From Chloropicon primus (taxonomy: Eukaryota): a stretch of 38,373 nt of DNA. A program made the position numbers and the translations under genes. Below, in pieces: positions 1 through 10,010 of the stretch. How positions within the stretch are numbered: the stretch's first letter is position 1; the number at the start of each line of letters is the position of its first letter. The DNA lies in the NCBI GenBank assembly GCA_023205875.1, contig CP060759.1, positions 1,116,001 through 1,154,373 on the forward strand, written 5' to 3'. The notes below the pieces were generated by a model. That model did no database searches. It was not told the origin of the DNA and was given only the letters and a program-made list of their open reading frames with translations.

Positions 1-663
1 TATGCTCGACCCCCACACGGTGTAGACCTGATCGGCCTGCTCCAGGCGGCACCGCTCCACCTTTTCCTTGACGGTCTCGTCGGAGAAGACGGTCATGAAC
101 GACGCCAGGGGCGTGGTCCCGTACGCGAAGTTCTCCTTCGAGTACTGGCCTCCCCCCGAGGCGGACGCCTCCTCTTGGCACCTCAGGAGCTCCGACTGGA
201 ACGACATGGTCTTCTGAAGGCCGTCTAGCTCCTCAACGACCCTCTCGAGGAGCGACCCGGGCTCGCGCCCCCCCGCGTCCTCCCTCGACGACGTCGACTC
301 GGGGACCCAGGATCCCTTTGATCCCGACGCCTCCCCCCCGCCCAGGGCCAGCGCCTCGAGCCGTTCCAGGCAGGCCTCCTGGCGCCTCCGTCGCTCGGTC
401 GGGTCGGACTTCGGATCTCCCGACCTCCTGATGCACTCGCTCACCTCCTCCTTTGCCCTCACGCAGTTCTCCAGCGCCGTCCTTAGCTCCCTCGCCTTGG
501 CCTTCACCAGCAGAGCCCCTGCCGCCCTCTCCTCCTTGGTCGTCCCCCCGTCCTCCCCCTTCTTCCTCAGAGCGACGCATTCCTTGTGTTCCCTCCTCTT
601 GTGGAAGGCCACCCCCTGTACCCTCCCCACCACCTCCTGCGCCTTCCCTACGAACCCCTCCAT
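1..663 (-). CDS. 5' part of a protein running off the window edge; possible class I SAM-dependent methyltransferase (DOT1-like)
   Basis: Not in the ORF track because it has no stop. By hand, the frame is open from ATG at 663 to base 1: MEGFVGKAQEVVGRVQ...YSKENFAYGTTPLASFMTVF...VYTVWGSSI. YG..P followed by a hydrophobic strand and GS resembles the lead-in to methyltransferase motif I. Confidence 0.6.
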   Translation of the reverse strand, partial: MEGFVGKAQEVVGRVQGVAFHKRREHKECVALRKKGEDGGTTKEERAAGALLVKAKARELRTALENCVRAKEEVSECIRRSGDPKSDPTERRRRQEACLERLEALALGGGEASGSKGSWVPESTSSREDAGGREPGSLLERVVEELDGLQKTMSFQSELLRCQEEASASGGGQYSKENFAYGTTPLASFMTVFSDETVKEKVERCRLEQADQVYTVWGSSI

Positions 664-775
664 GTTGTTCCCACCTCGCCCAAGCCCAAGCCCCTGAATA
701 CAAAGATGATCCAATCTTAGGATCCAAGATGGTATCTTGGGGTGTAATTGTTTACATTTGTTTAGGATGGCCGCC

Positions 776-783
776 AAACCCTA
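776..783 (+). promoter_or_regulatory. Telo-box-like element AAACCCTA in a divergent promoter
   Basis: Exact AAACCCTA between the ATG at 663 (-) and the ATG at 931 (+), followed directly by CGATCGATCG. Confidence 0.35.
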
Positions 784-930
784 CGATCGATCGGGAGGGG
801 AGCGGAGGCGACCGCGCACGAGGACGAGGACGAGGACGAGGGCGAGGTGTAGAGAGGAAGGAAAGGAGAAACCTTAGCTGAGGAAAAACCTTACGACCCA
901 ACCCAACGCGACTTCATTCATTCGCACACC

Positions 931-3837
931 ATGGCCTCGAACGCGCAGGATAATAATGCGCCACTCCGTATGGAGGGAAAGAAGGAGGAGGAGGACGAGG
1001 AAGACTGTAAGTGGACGAGGACGAGAGAACGAGAGGGGAGAGAGGACGGAGACGGAAGGGAGGAAGGGACGGAAGACATCGCTGCACGACGGGAGTCGGC
1101 GGAGCTCAATCCTCTCGCCCTCGCCCTCTCTCTTTTTTCTTTTTTCTTTCCCTTCCCTTGAGGGCGTGGCTCGAGCGTGCAACTGACTCCTCTCGTCCTT
1201 CCTTGCTCTGCGCTCTTTCTTTCTTTCTTTTGCTTGCCTTCAGACGAGTACTCCCCGTTCCACGGCATAGAGAAGGGAGCCGTGTTGCAGGAGGCTAGGA
1301 TCTTCCACAACCCCCAGATTGACGCCCGCAAGTGTCAGCAGGTCCTCACCCGGCTGCTGTACTTGTCCACGCAGGGAGAGACGTTCACGAAGACGGAGGC
1401 CACGGAAGTGTTCTTTTCCATCACAAAGCTTTTCCAGAACAACGATTCGAACCTGAGAAGGCTGGTGTACCTCATGATCAGGGAGCTCCCTCCGGATTCG
1501 GACGAGGTCATCATCGTCACGAACATGCTTATGAAGGACATGGCGTCCAACAACGAGCTTTACAAGAGCGGTTCCATAAGGGTTTTGTGCAGGATCTTGG
1601 ACTCGAGCTTGCTGCAGCAGGTGGAGAGGTACTTCAAGCAGGCGATCGTCGATAAGGCCCCCGTGGTCGCGAGCGCGGCCCTCGTCAGCGGCATTCACAT
1701 TCTCAAGGAGAACTCGGATATCGTGAAGAGGTGGGGCAGCGAGGTGCAGGACGCCGTGCAGAGCAGGAACCCCATGGTGCAGTTCCACTCGGTCGCCTTG
1801 ATGTACATGCTCAAGAACAACGACAGGCTTGCGATAAGCAAGCTGGTGTCTTCGCTGACGAGGGGCAACGTGAGGTCGCCACTGGCCCAGTGCCTCATCG
1901 TGAGGTGCGTGGCTCAAGTCATTGCGGACAGCCAGGTGTACGCCGGTCAGGAGAGGCCCTTCTACGACTTTTTGGAGAGCTGCTTGAGGCACAAGGGGGA
2001 GATGGTCATCTTCGAGGCGGCAAAGGCCATAATCGAGCTGAACAACGTCACGGAGGCCGAGCTGGCACCCGCGATCACCATCTTGCAGCTCTTCCTGAGC
2101 AGCAGCAAGCCTGTCCTTAGGTTTGCCGCGGTGAGAATTCTGAACAGAGTCGCGATAGAGCACCCAATGGCTGTTTCCAACTGCAACATCGACATGGAGA
2201 CCTTGATCTCCGACCAGAACAGGTCCATAGCAACGCTCGCCATCACAACTTTGCTGAAGACGGGCAACGAGTCGAGCATCGATAGACTGATGAAACAGAT
2301 GTCCTCCTTCATGTCAGAGATTGGGGACGAGTTCAAGATAGTAGTGGTGGACGCGGTCCACAAGTTGTGCCTCAAGTTCCCCTCCAAGTTCAGGAGCATG
2401 ATGTCCTTCCTCAGCAGTATCCTAAGGGAGGAGGGCGGCTTTGAGTACAAGAAGGCCATCGTTAATGCCATTCTGGGCATTGTCCGCACTGTCACAGAGT
2501 CGAAGGAGACTGCCCTCACCCACCTGTGCGAGTTTATTGAGGACTGCGAGTTCACCTACCTCTCAACACAGATTCTGCATCTCCTTGGGGAGGAAGGGCC
2601 TCGCACATCCCATCCTGCCAAGTACATCCGGTACATCTACAACCGAGTCATCTTGGAGAACGCGACGGTTAGGGCGGCCGCTGTCTCCTCGCTGGCCAAC
2701 TTTGGCATGAAGGTCCCCGCCTTGAAGGAACGTGTGAGGACCTTGCTCAAGAGGACGCTCTTTGACAACGACGACGAGGTCAGGGACAGGGCCGCGGTGT
2801 ACTTGAAGCTCTTGAACAAGCAAGAGGAGGAGTCCAAGACGCCACAGGTTCTCAGGGGCAAGAACATTTCCCTTTCGGGTCTCGAGCAATCCCTCAGGGA
2901 GTACCTGGCAACCCCAATGATGGAGACGTTTGACATCGCGACCGTCCCTGAGAAGGAGCTGGCCCCTGTTGTGAACATGGCCAAGAGCAAAGACACTTCA
3001 GGCCCCGCGGCTCTGGATGAGCTGACGCTCAAGTCTGACTTCGAGGAGACACTCAGCAGCATCCCTGAGTTTGCCGATCTCGGACCGCTTTACAAGAGCT
3101 GCGAGCCCATGGATCTGGTCGAGAAGGAGACTGAGTACACGATCACTTGCATCAAGCACATCTTCGGGTCTCACATTGTGTTCCAGTTCAACATGACCAA
3201 TACCATCGAGGAGCAGGTCTTGGAAGACGTTTCGGTCCAGGTCGACTTGGCCGAGGCAGAGGATTACCAGGAGGTGTGCACCATTCCGGCCACTAAGCTG
3301 CCGTATGGCGTCGTGGCCCAGACGTACGTCCTGTTCTCGTACCCAGAGGGCACCATGCCTTTCGGCAGGATGGTCGCGTCCTTGAACTTTGTTGTCAAGG
3401 AGATTGATCCAAGCACAGGCGACGAGGAGGAAGAGGGCTTTGAGGACGAGTACCCATTGGAGGACATTTACCTGTCCCCACAGGACTTTATCCACGCAAC
3501 CAAGATCAGCAACTTCAGGAACAAGTGGGAAGAGCTGGACCCAGAGACTGAGATTGCGGACGAGTATGGCATCGGGGTAAGGGACAGCCTGCAGGACGCC
3601 GTGGAGGCCGTGGTCGAGACCCTGGGCCTGGCGGCCTGCGAGGGCACGGAGGCCGTTCCACCGAACGCTAGGAGCCACGTCTGCCTTCTTCATGGCAAGG
3701 CCGTGGGAGGGATGGAAGCTCTCGCCAGGGTGAATTTTGGTATCGATAGGAACATGGAGGTTGCGATCAAGCTCACAGTTCGCGCAGCAAACGCTGACAT
3801 GAGCGAAGCCCTGCACGCCATTGTAGCGGAGGGTTAG
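931..3837 (+). CDS. COPG: Coatomer subunit gamma; exons 931-1006 and 1244-3837, 889 aa
   Basis: EYSPFHGIEKGAVLQEARIF, NDRLAISKLV, LCEFIEDCEF and KYIRYIYNRVILEN are gamma-COP hallmarks. Phase-1 intron 1007-1243 (GTAAGT, branch ACTGAC, pyrimidine tract, CAG) joins KKEEEDEED-Y-EYSPF in frame. Confidence 0.97.
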
Positions 3838-3954
3838 ACGCTAAGCAAGAGAGTTGTTGTGCTTGGACCAGTCCTTGGGTTTTGTTGGGCTGGTCTTGGG
3901 TCTATACGTGTGCATCATTTTAATATATTAGAGATTTGAAAAAGGTCCACAGTC

Positions 3955-4677
3955 CTACGACGCTCCCCCCGAATTCGAAGCTTCCGCGACGACCTCCCTC
4001 TCCAGTCGGGACAGCAAGTCGTAGCCCTGCATCAGGCCCAGCATGATCATCTCGGCCCTGTCCCCCTGTCCCTCCTTGTTCTCGTACACCTCTCCGCCGT
4101 CAGCCTCCGCGGCTCTCTCGATGTCCTTTCGGAACAACCCCAGCATGGCCCTCGCCTCGCCTTCCCTGTCTCCGGCGCAAGGATCCTTCCCGACCCCGGG
4201 GGCCCCGTCCCCCCCCCCCCGCAGGCTTTCCTCCAGGTACTCCTCGAGGCACACGTTGTACGTGCTCAGAGCCTGCCACGCCGGCGACTCCAGGTGGCCG
4301 CCCTCCCCCTCGAACTCCTCCATCGAGAATATGTCGTGCAGGAACGTCATGGGGTTCTGGATCCCAGACCTCTTGGCCGCGAAGGCAGACACCCTTGGAA
4401 TGAGCTCGTGAAGGGTCTTCAATATCTTTTCACTCACTTTCCTCCTCTTCTTCCCCTCCTCCTGTTCCTCCCCCCCCCTCAGCCTCAATCTCCACGCCTT
4501 TTCGCATGCGTCCCTGACCTTTTCCACCTCCCCTCCCTCCCCCTCCCCCTCCCCCTCCTCTCTCTTCTTCCTCTTCATCCCTCCCCCCCTCTTCGCTCCG
4601 CTCCCCGCTCGCCGCCCCGCGCTCCTCCTCTCCTCCCCGGGGGGAAATTTCCCACTAGCCGTTAGCTGCGGAAGCAT
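3955..4677 (-). CDS. Hypothetical, probably nuclear protein; start at ATG 4677 or 4578
   Basis: Open frame with coding-like codon use and basic NLS-like patches (KRKKR, KKRRK). The extension to 4944 in the ORF track is low-complexity promoter sequence. Confidence 0.7.
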   Translation of the reverse strand: MLPQLTASGKFPPGEERRSAGRRAGSGAKRGGGMKRKKREEGEGEGEGGEVEKVRDACEKAWRLRLRGGEEQEEGKKRRKVSEKILKTLHELIPRVSAFAAKRSGIQNPMTFLHDIFSMEEFEGEGGHLESPAWQALSTYNVCLEEYLEESLRGGGDGAPGVGKDPCAGDREGEARAMLGLFRKDIERAAEADGGEVYENKEGQGDRAEMIMLGLMQGYDLLSRLEREVVAEASNSGGAS

Positions 4678-5039
4678 GGGAATGGAGGAAGAATTGGATT
4701 CCAAGAAAAAACACACAACACCAAGCACCAAGGGGAGAAGGGGGAACTGGGAGGAGGACAAGGAACAAGGGAGGGAGGGGAGGACACGACACAACCAACA
4801 ACCAACAACCAACAATAATAATAAGATAACATAACACCGAGCAAGGGACGACGCCAGGAGGACGGAGGGAATACGAGATACTTTTTGAAAAAGGATACTG
4901 ACAGCTAGAACGAGGCAGAACCTCTGAAATGGAGTGATAGCCAAGAGCTCCGCTGGGTTTCATCCGAGAGAGAGAGAGAGAGACAGGCAGTTGGTGGGTG
5001 GGCACAGGTTGATTATTGATAGCTTTGGCGTCATAGAGC

Positions 5040-8000
5040 ATGTGGGGCGGCACGTACGAGGACGAGGAGACACCTTCCTGGGCACAGCCTTGGGCCCAAG
5101 CGACCCCGGAGGCCGCGGAGGAAGAAGACGACCTTGCTGCAGGAGCGGGGCGATACGAGGAGAGCGGGTCGAGGAGCCCCGAGGCTTGCGTCATTGATAT
5201 GGAGAGCGGTCCGTCGACCTCGTACTCTTACGACAGGCCCAGCAGGGCGGCGAACCGGTATGGGTCGTCGCACGCTTACTCCCCTGGCACGGGGTCCAAC
5301 CAAAGGTCAAAGCGGCCCTTCTCGTTGAGGTTGGATTCGGAAAACGGTTACGAGGCGAGGAGGTCCACGAGGAGCGCTGTGGCGGGGCCACCGAGGGCGA
5401 GGGACGTGGGAGGCAGTCGGGATTCGAGGGAGGAGGCCTTTATTCCCTCCGCTCCAACCCTGGCGGGCGCACCACCTCCCCCTCCGGCTTTCGAAGCCAG
5501 CCAAGGCCACGACCTCGGGTTGGTGCCGAGGGTTGACGCGGGGAGGAAGCAGTCCACCCCTCCTGGAGTCCCCTTCGATGCGGGGCAAGGCGGAAGCGCG
5601 GGAGCAAGATCGAGCACCCCGCAGCGACCCAGGGGGGAGGACACCCACGTCGGTGCCGGCGCCAGCAGCGCCGTGCCCGCAGTTGAGCACCAACGCCAGA
5701 AAGGCAAGAGCATAGGTTTGAACCCCTTGCAGGAGAACGCAACGCTAAGGCTGCTGACGTACGAGGCCTGCTTGCGCCTCTGCTTCATGTCGGGCAGCGC
5801 TGGGGGCAGCCAGAGCGGGCCAAGGAGGTCAGGCTCCTCCATCTCCGAGGGCAGGTACTTCCTCGAGGACGGCTTCCACATCCTTCAAACAAGCTTTGGC
5901 GTGGACAAGATCGTTCTTCAGCCCTTGTCAAAGCAACACAGGAAGGGGAGCAGGGCACTCTCTGGGCCAAACGAATCCCAGGGCAGGGTGGGAAGGCAGC
6001 AGGAGGTGAGCACGAGCGTCCACCTCAACTTGATGTTCACGGAAATGAAGCAGCTTGGGGGCAAGAAGAAGGGACAGGGCGACTCTGCGGTTTCGGCGGC
6101 TGGCAAGGCTGCGGGAACCTCCGGCGGCCAAAAGTTTTTGCACTCCCTAGGCAAAAAGCTTCGTCCTTCGGGCAAGGGAAAATCTCTGTACTGCCACGTT
6201 AGGCTGAGCTCAAAGGTCGATGAAGAGTACCAAATCACCAAGGTGGGGTCTCAGAATTTGGTTTCCTTGGAAATCTTCTCGTCGGACGGGTCTGGTAGCC
6301 AGGACGCGGGCCAGAACAGGTACAGCGCTGAGGACGTCCTTGAGATTGTCGTCAAGAACAAGCAAGATGTCTCCATAGGCTACGCGAGCATGGCTATTTC
6401 CTCGACAATCGACACGGAGGTGAACGGCAGGACGCAGATCCACAACCTCCCGGTGAGGAGCCAGCAGGGTGACATCATCGGTTCGCTGTCCATGACCACC
6501 AGGGTCGAGAAGCAGGTGAACCGAAAGAAGGTAGAGAAGGGAGTAGAGGAGGACCTCAAGTCACAGGAAATGGAGTTCGACGCGAACAGGGGCTACGACG
6601 TCTTGCTCCAAGTCGCCCTCGCTGCAAATAACTTCAAGCAGAGGCATCTCCTCATCACGAAGCCCTGGCACTTCTTGCTGAATAAGTTTGCATCGGAGTA
6701 CAACATCTCGACCACAACTTGCATCTTGCAGTTCTTGAAATGGGTCGTGAGGGCTGCCACACCCACATCGGAGTGCATGGATATCTTGTGCCAGCTGCTT
6801 CCGAGGATCATGAAGGAAAAGCACCAGGCGGACCTTCCGATTGCTGAGCAGAATATGTTGTCTCAAATATTGCAAAATGTGGAGGAGCTCCTCGCGAAGT
6901 CGTTCCAGTGCATCAAATCACTTTCAGAGAAAGAGAGCAATGGGGTACTGACCGGGTACCAGATCGTTCCCAAGGACCTGTTCCCCTCGCCAGTCATTCC
7001 AAAGGTGCTTTACTTGTATTCCCAGATGCACGACTTGCTCGCGCCTTCGTCTCAGAAGAAGCTGATCATGCATCTGCAAGCGGCCGCCAGCCTGCGCTTT
7101 GGGCGGATCAAGAGAGATGCCATAGACTCGTGCTCTGGCGAGCAAAGAGTAGTCGGGGAGGGGATCGACTATCTTGCTGCCTCCAAGATCTTCGACGCCC
7201 TTCGAGTGGAGCTAGAGTATGACCAGATTTTACACCACTCGGAGGTGCTGCCCGCCTTTGTGAATTTCCCCGAGGTGTCCAACGAAGTTTACGCCGAGAA
7301 GCTTTACGAGCACCTGAGGGAGCTGCTGGTCACGAATCCGCCCACAGACTTTTCAGATGCATTGGACTCCCTGTTCAGGAGCGCCAGTCTCTACGAGACG
7401 TCCCAGTCCAAGTTCTCCCTGAGCTCGCCAAAGGACAAGTCGGTGTTCGTGCTCTTCAGTGACCACGTCGAGACTTGGATCTGTAGGGACTGCACGTGGC
7501 TCTGCGCGAAGCTGACTCAGAAGGAGATCTCTCAAGAAATCATGGATATTGAAAGGGCCTTGAGCAACCACCACTTCAGCGATCATGCGGATTCCCACCT
7601 CCCGCACCAGTCGTATCAGCTTTACATGATTCCCCTGTTCAAGAAATCAGGCGGCGTGTTTGACAAGATCCAGGCCTTCTTGAACAAGTACAGCGGCATC
7701 GTGAAGCGCTGGCCTGACTGGGTTCCGGTCTTGGAGACAAGCTGCTGCAAAATCCTGCGATCGCTCTTGTACTCGTTGAACGATGCATCCGCTGCAGCGG
7801 TCAAGCAGTCCCACGCCCATGACCACCAGCGGAAACACAGCATAACGTCTCCGGGGAAGATGTTCGGCTACAAGAAGCCAAACCACTTCACTTCGAGGCT
7901 GTTGATACCTGACGCAGTGCTGCTCAACGCCCAGAGGCAGATGCTCAGCTTCATTCCCAAGCTCCGGTCTTCGGTTTCTGTCTTGAGCAGCGGCGTGCCA

Positions 8001-8558
8001 ACCCAGAAGGACACATTCAAGAACGGCACGATCTTCAGGCACGTCGAGGAGGAAGTGCGGACCAGCTACGCTCAGACAACGCAAAAGTTTGTCTTGTCTC
8101 TATCGGAGGCCCCCTGCCACAGGCTGAAGAAGATCTTGAAGGAACAAAGCAAAGCAAAGCTCAACGACTGCGAGGATAGCGTGAGAGATCTCCTCAAGCC
8201 TTACCTCACCCTGATCGAGGCTGTGTTGGCTGACCACCGGGTGATGTTGACCCCAAAGGTGTGGAGGGACTTGTGCCGAGGAATGTGGGATCTCGCCGCT
8301 GCTGAGGTTCTCAAATTTGTGGAGAGGATTCACAACGACAAGGAGAATGCAACGAGGGGCGGCTTCCATGTCCGGGTGATGACCAGCGAGGTGTCCAGCA
8401 TCCTCGAGTCATTCTTCCAGCAAGGTCTGCACCAGGTTCTGGGATCAGACGTGCATGAGAGGGACCTCCAGACCCCCTTTTCAGCGAAGAGGCTCAGGGA
8501 GAGAATCTGCGGAGGGAACCCGAGCCTGTCTGCCAGTGACTCGTTCTCCGTCTACTGA
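5040..8558 (+). CDS. Large uncharacterised green-lineage protein: disordered N-terminus, C2-like domain, long helical (MUN/PATROL1-like) C-terminus; At4g24610/At5g48310-like family
   Basis: 1172-aa intronless ORF. Motifs LLTYEACLRLC, YDVLLQVALAANNFKQRHLLITKPWHFLLNKFASEY and ATPTSECM match my recollection of this plant family. TGTAA at 8618. Confidence 0.75.
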   Translation: MWGGTYEDEETPSWAQPWAQATPEAAEEEDDLAAGAGRYEESGSRSPEACVIDMESGPSTSYSYDRPSRAANRYGSSHAYSPGTGSNQRSKRPFSLRLDSENGYEARRSTRSAVAGPPRARDVGGSRDSREEAFIPSAPTLAGAPPPPPAFEASQGHDLGLVPRVDAGRKQSTPPGVPFDAGQGGSAGARSSTPQRPRGEDTHVGAGASSAVPAVEHQRQKGKSIGLNPLQENATLRLLTYEACLRLCFMSGSAGGSQSGPRRSGSSISEGRYFLEDGFHILQTSFGVDKIVLQPLSKQHRKGSRALSGPNESQGRVGRQQEVSTSVHLNLMFTEMKQLGGKKKGQGDSAVSAAGKAAGTSGGQKFLHSLGKKLRPSGKGKSLYCHVRLSSKVDEEYQITKVGSQNLVSLEIFSSDGSGSQDAGQNRYSAEDVLEIVVKNKQDVSIGYASMAISSTIDTEVNGRTQIHNLPVRSQQGDIIGSLSMTTRVEKQVNRKKVEKGVEEDLKSQEMEFDANRGYDVLLQVALAANNFKQRHLLITKPWHFLLNKFASEYNISTTTCILQFLKWVVRAATPTSECMDILCQLLPRIMKEKHQADLPIAEQNMLSQILQNVEELLAKSFQCIKSLSEKESNGVLTGYQIVPKDLFPSPVIPKVLYLYSQMHDLLAPSSQKKLIMHLQAAASLRFGRIKRDAIDSCSGEQRVVGEGIDYLAASKIFDALRVELEYDQILHHSEVLPAFVNFPEVSNEVYAEKLYEHLRELLVTNPPTDFSDALDSLFRSASLYETSQSKFSLSSPKDKSVFVLFSDHVETWICRDCTWLCAKLTQKEISQEIMDIERALSNHHFSDHADSHLPHQSYQLYMIPLFKKSGGVFDKIQAFLNKYSGIVKRWPDWVPVLETSCCKILRSLLYSLNDASAAAVKQSHAHDHQRKHSITSPGKMFGYKKPNHFTSRLLIPDAVLLNAQRQMLSFIPKLRSSVSVLSSGVPTQKDTFKNGTIFRHVEEEVRTSYAQTTQKFVLSLSEAPCHRLKKILKEQSKAKLNDCEDSVRDLLKPYLTLIEAVLADHRVMLTPKVWRDLCRGMWDLAAAEVLKFVERIHNDKENATRGGFHVRVMTSEVSSILESFFQQGLHQVLGSDVHERDLQTPFSAKRLRERICGGNPSLSASDSFSVY

Positions 8559-8632
8559 ACCAGAAACAACGGATGATTATTATAAAACTTACACATAAAA
8601 GTACAGTCTAGTTTTCATGTAAAACAAACGGC

Positions 8633-9688
8633 TCAAAGGGGGAGAGCGCCACTGAGCTTGACGTGGCTCAGCACGCGATTCAATCCGTACTTCGTGTACG
8701 CCTCGAAGCTCATTCTGAATCCATCGCCGTAGACGACGCTCTCGTCCTCGAAGATCTTGGTCATGTGGTACAGCTTTTCCTTCTCTTTGTCACCCTCTCC
8801 GGGCGGCTGGGCCTTGAGCCACAAGTAAGCCAAGAGCTGGCACAGGCCCTCCTCCGTCTGCAGCGTCAGCTTGGGGAAGTCGTTCAGCTTGATGTAAGCA
8901 TGCGTGCACTCGTGGGCCAAGACAGAAGAGAAGAGCATCCGAGGAAGGCCGTAAAGGACCAATACGGCAGTGACGTTGCTCCTCCTGGCGATCACCTCGG
9001 ACTCAAACATCGTGTGGTGTCTCACTGTCGTCCTCTCCTCGCTCATGGTCATCCCCAGGCAGTTGTGGCCATTGCTCCTTCGATGGCTATGGGTCGCGTT
9101 CAGTGCCGAGGTCTCGACGAGGTGGACGGGCATGTCGAGAGGCAGCCGTGCCCCAAGACTGCCGAAGAAGGAGACCATCTCCCTGTAGATCACGGCGACG
9201 TCGTCGCTGCTTCCCACGACACTCTCTGCGCACGACAGGCAGAGAGCTCGCCTGTTGCTGGCACTGGCGACCCCCGCCGCCCTCGGGCTCTCGCTCAGCA
9301 CGACGTGCCTCTCTCGCACACTTTCCATTCTCTGGCAAGCAAAGCATTTGGATGTGCCGTCCGTGGAGTGCCTCCTGCAGAACTTCTGGTTCCAAAAGGG
9401 CGTGACCGCGTACTCGATCATCCCGTTGTGGTTGGGCAACATCTTTTCGTGACAAACGCAGCACTCTGGCGCGAAAAGTTGCTGGTAGCAAGGCGTGTGG
9501 TAGAACTGGTCCTCCTCCCCCGGCTTGGAAGAGAACGGCGTGTGGTGCGGTATGACTCCCTGGCAGCCTGCGCACCGGAAGCAGTGCGGATGGAAGACCT
9601 TGTTCCTTATCGTCACGTACTCTGTTCCACCCTTTATCCCCTGTTTGCATCCAAAGCAATCCAGCCTGCTCCCTCCCAGGCCAAACAT
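8633..9688 (-). CDS. DA1-like protein: LIM domain, LIM-like domain and DA1 zinc peptidase domain
   Basis: CxxC...FHPHCFRCAGC (LIM); PFWNQKFCRRH..DGT.KCFACQR; VTAVLVLYGLPRML...LAHECTHAYI (HExxH); EEGLCQLLAYLWL; YGDGFR. First ATG is at 9688. Confidence 0.92.
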   Translation of the reverse strand: MFGLGGSRLDCFGCKQGIKGGTEYVTIRNKVFHPHCFRCAGCQGVIPHHTPFSSKPGEEDQFYHTPCYQQLFAPECCVCHEKMLPNHNGMIEYAVTPFWNQKFCRRHSTDGTSKCFACQRMESVRERHVVLSESPRAAGVASASNRRALCLSCAESVVGSSDDVAVIYREMVSFFGSLGARLPLDMPVHLVETSALNATHSHRRSNGHNCLGMTMSEERTTVRHHTMFESEVIARRSNVTAVLVLYGLPRMLFSSVLAHECTHAYIKLNDFPKLTLQTEEGLCQLLAYLWLKAQPPGEGDKEKEKLYHMTKIFEDESVVYGDGFRMSFEAYTKYGLNRVLSHVKLSGALPL

Positions 9689-10010
9689 CACGTATGCCTC
9701 TATACCCCCGGTCCCAGAAGACTTGTTCACCGTTCACGCATTCCACTCCGATCGAATCGAATCCACTCCACTCCGATAGTCCACTCCAATAATCCACTCC
9801 AACCCGACCCCTCCCTTCCCTCCCTTCCTCCTCCTCTTCCTCTGTCGTTGGTTGTCGGTTGTCCTCCTCTCTGCAGTCCTCCTCCTGGCTCCTCTCCTCC
9901 TGGCTCGGTTGTCGGGAGAGGCGGGCGCCAGACAAGGAGGACAGAGGAGAGAGCACACTACGACGCCAACGGAGGACCACGACCCACGACCACAAACAAC
10001 ACCTGACAGG

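Noticed and set aside
9852..10010. Apparent signal-peptide extension on NAA25, and similar upstream extensions on GRP94, FANCL and COPG in the ORF track
   Set aside because: These use non-ATG starts running through low-complexity promoter or intron sequence; homology begins at the downstream ATG or spliced exon.
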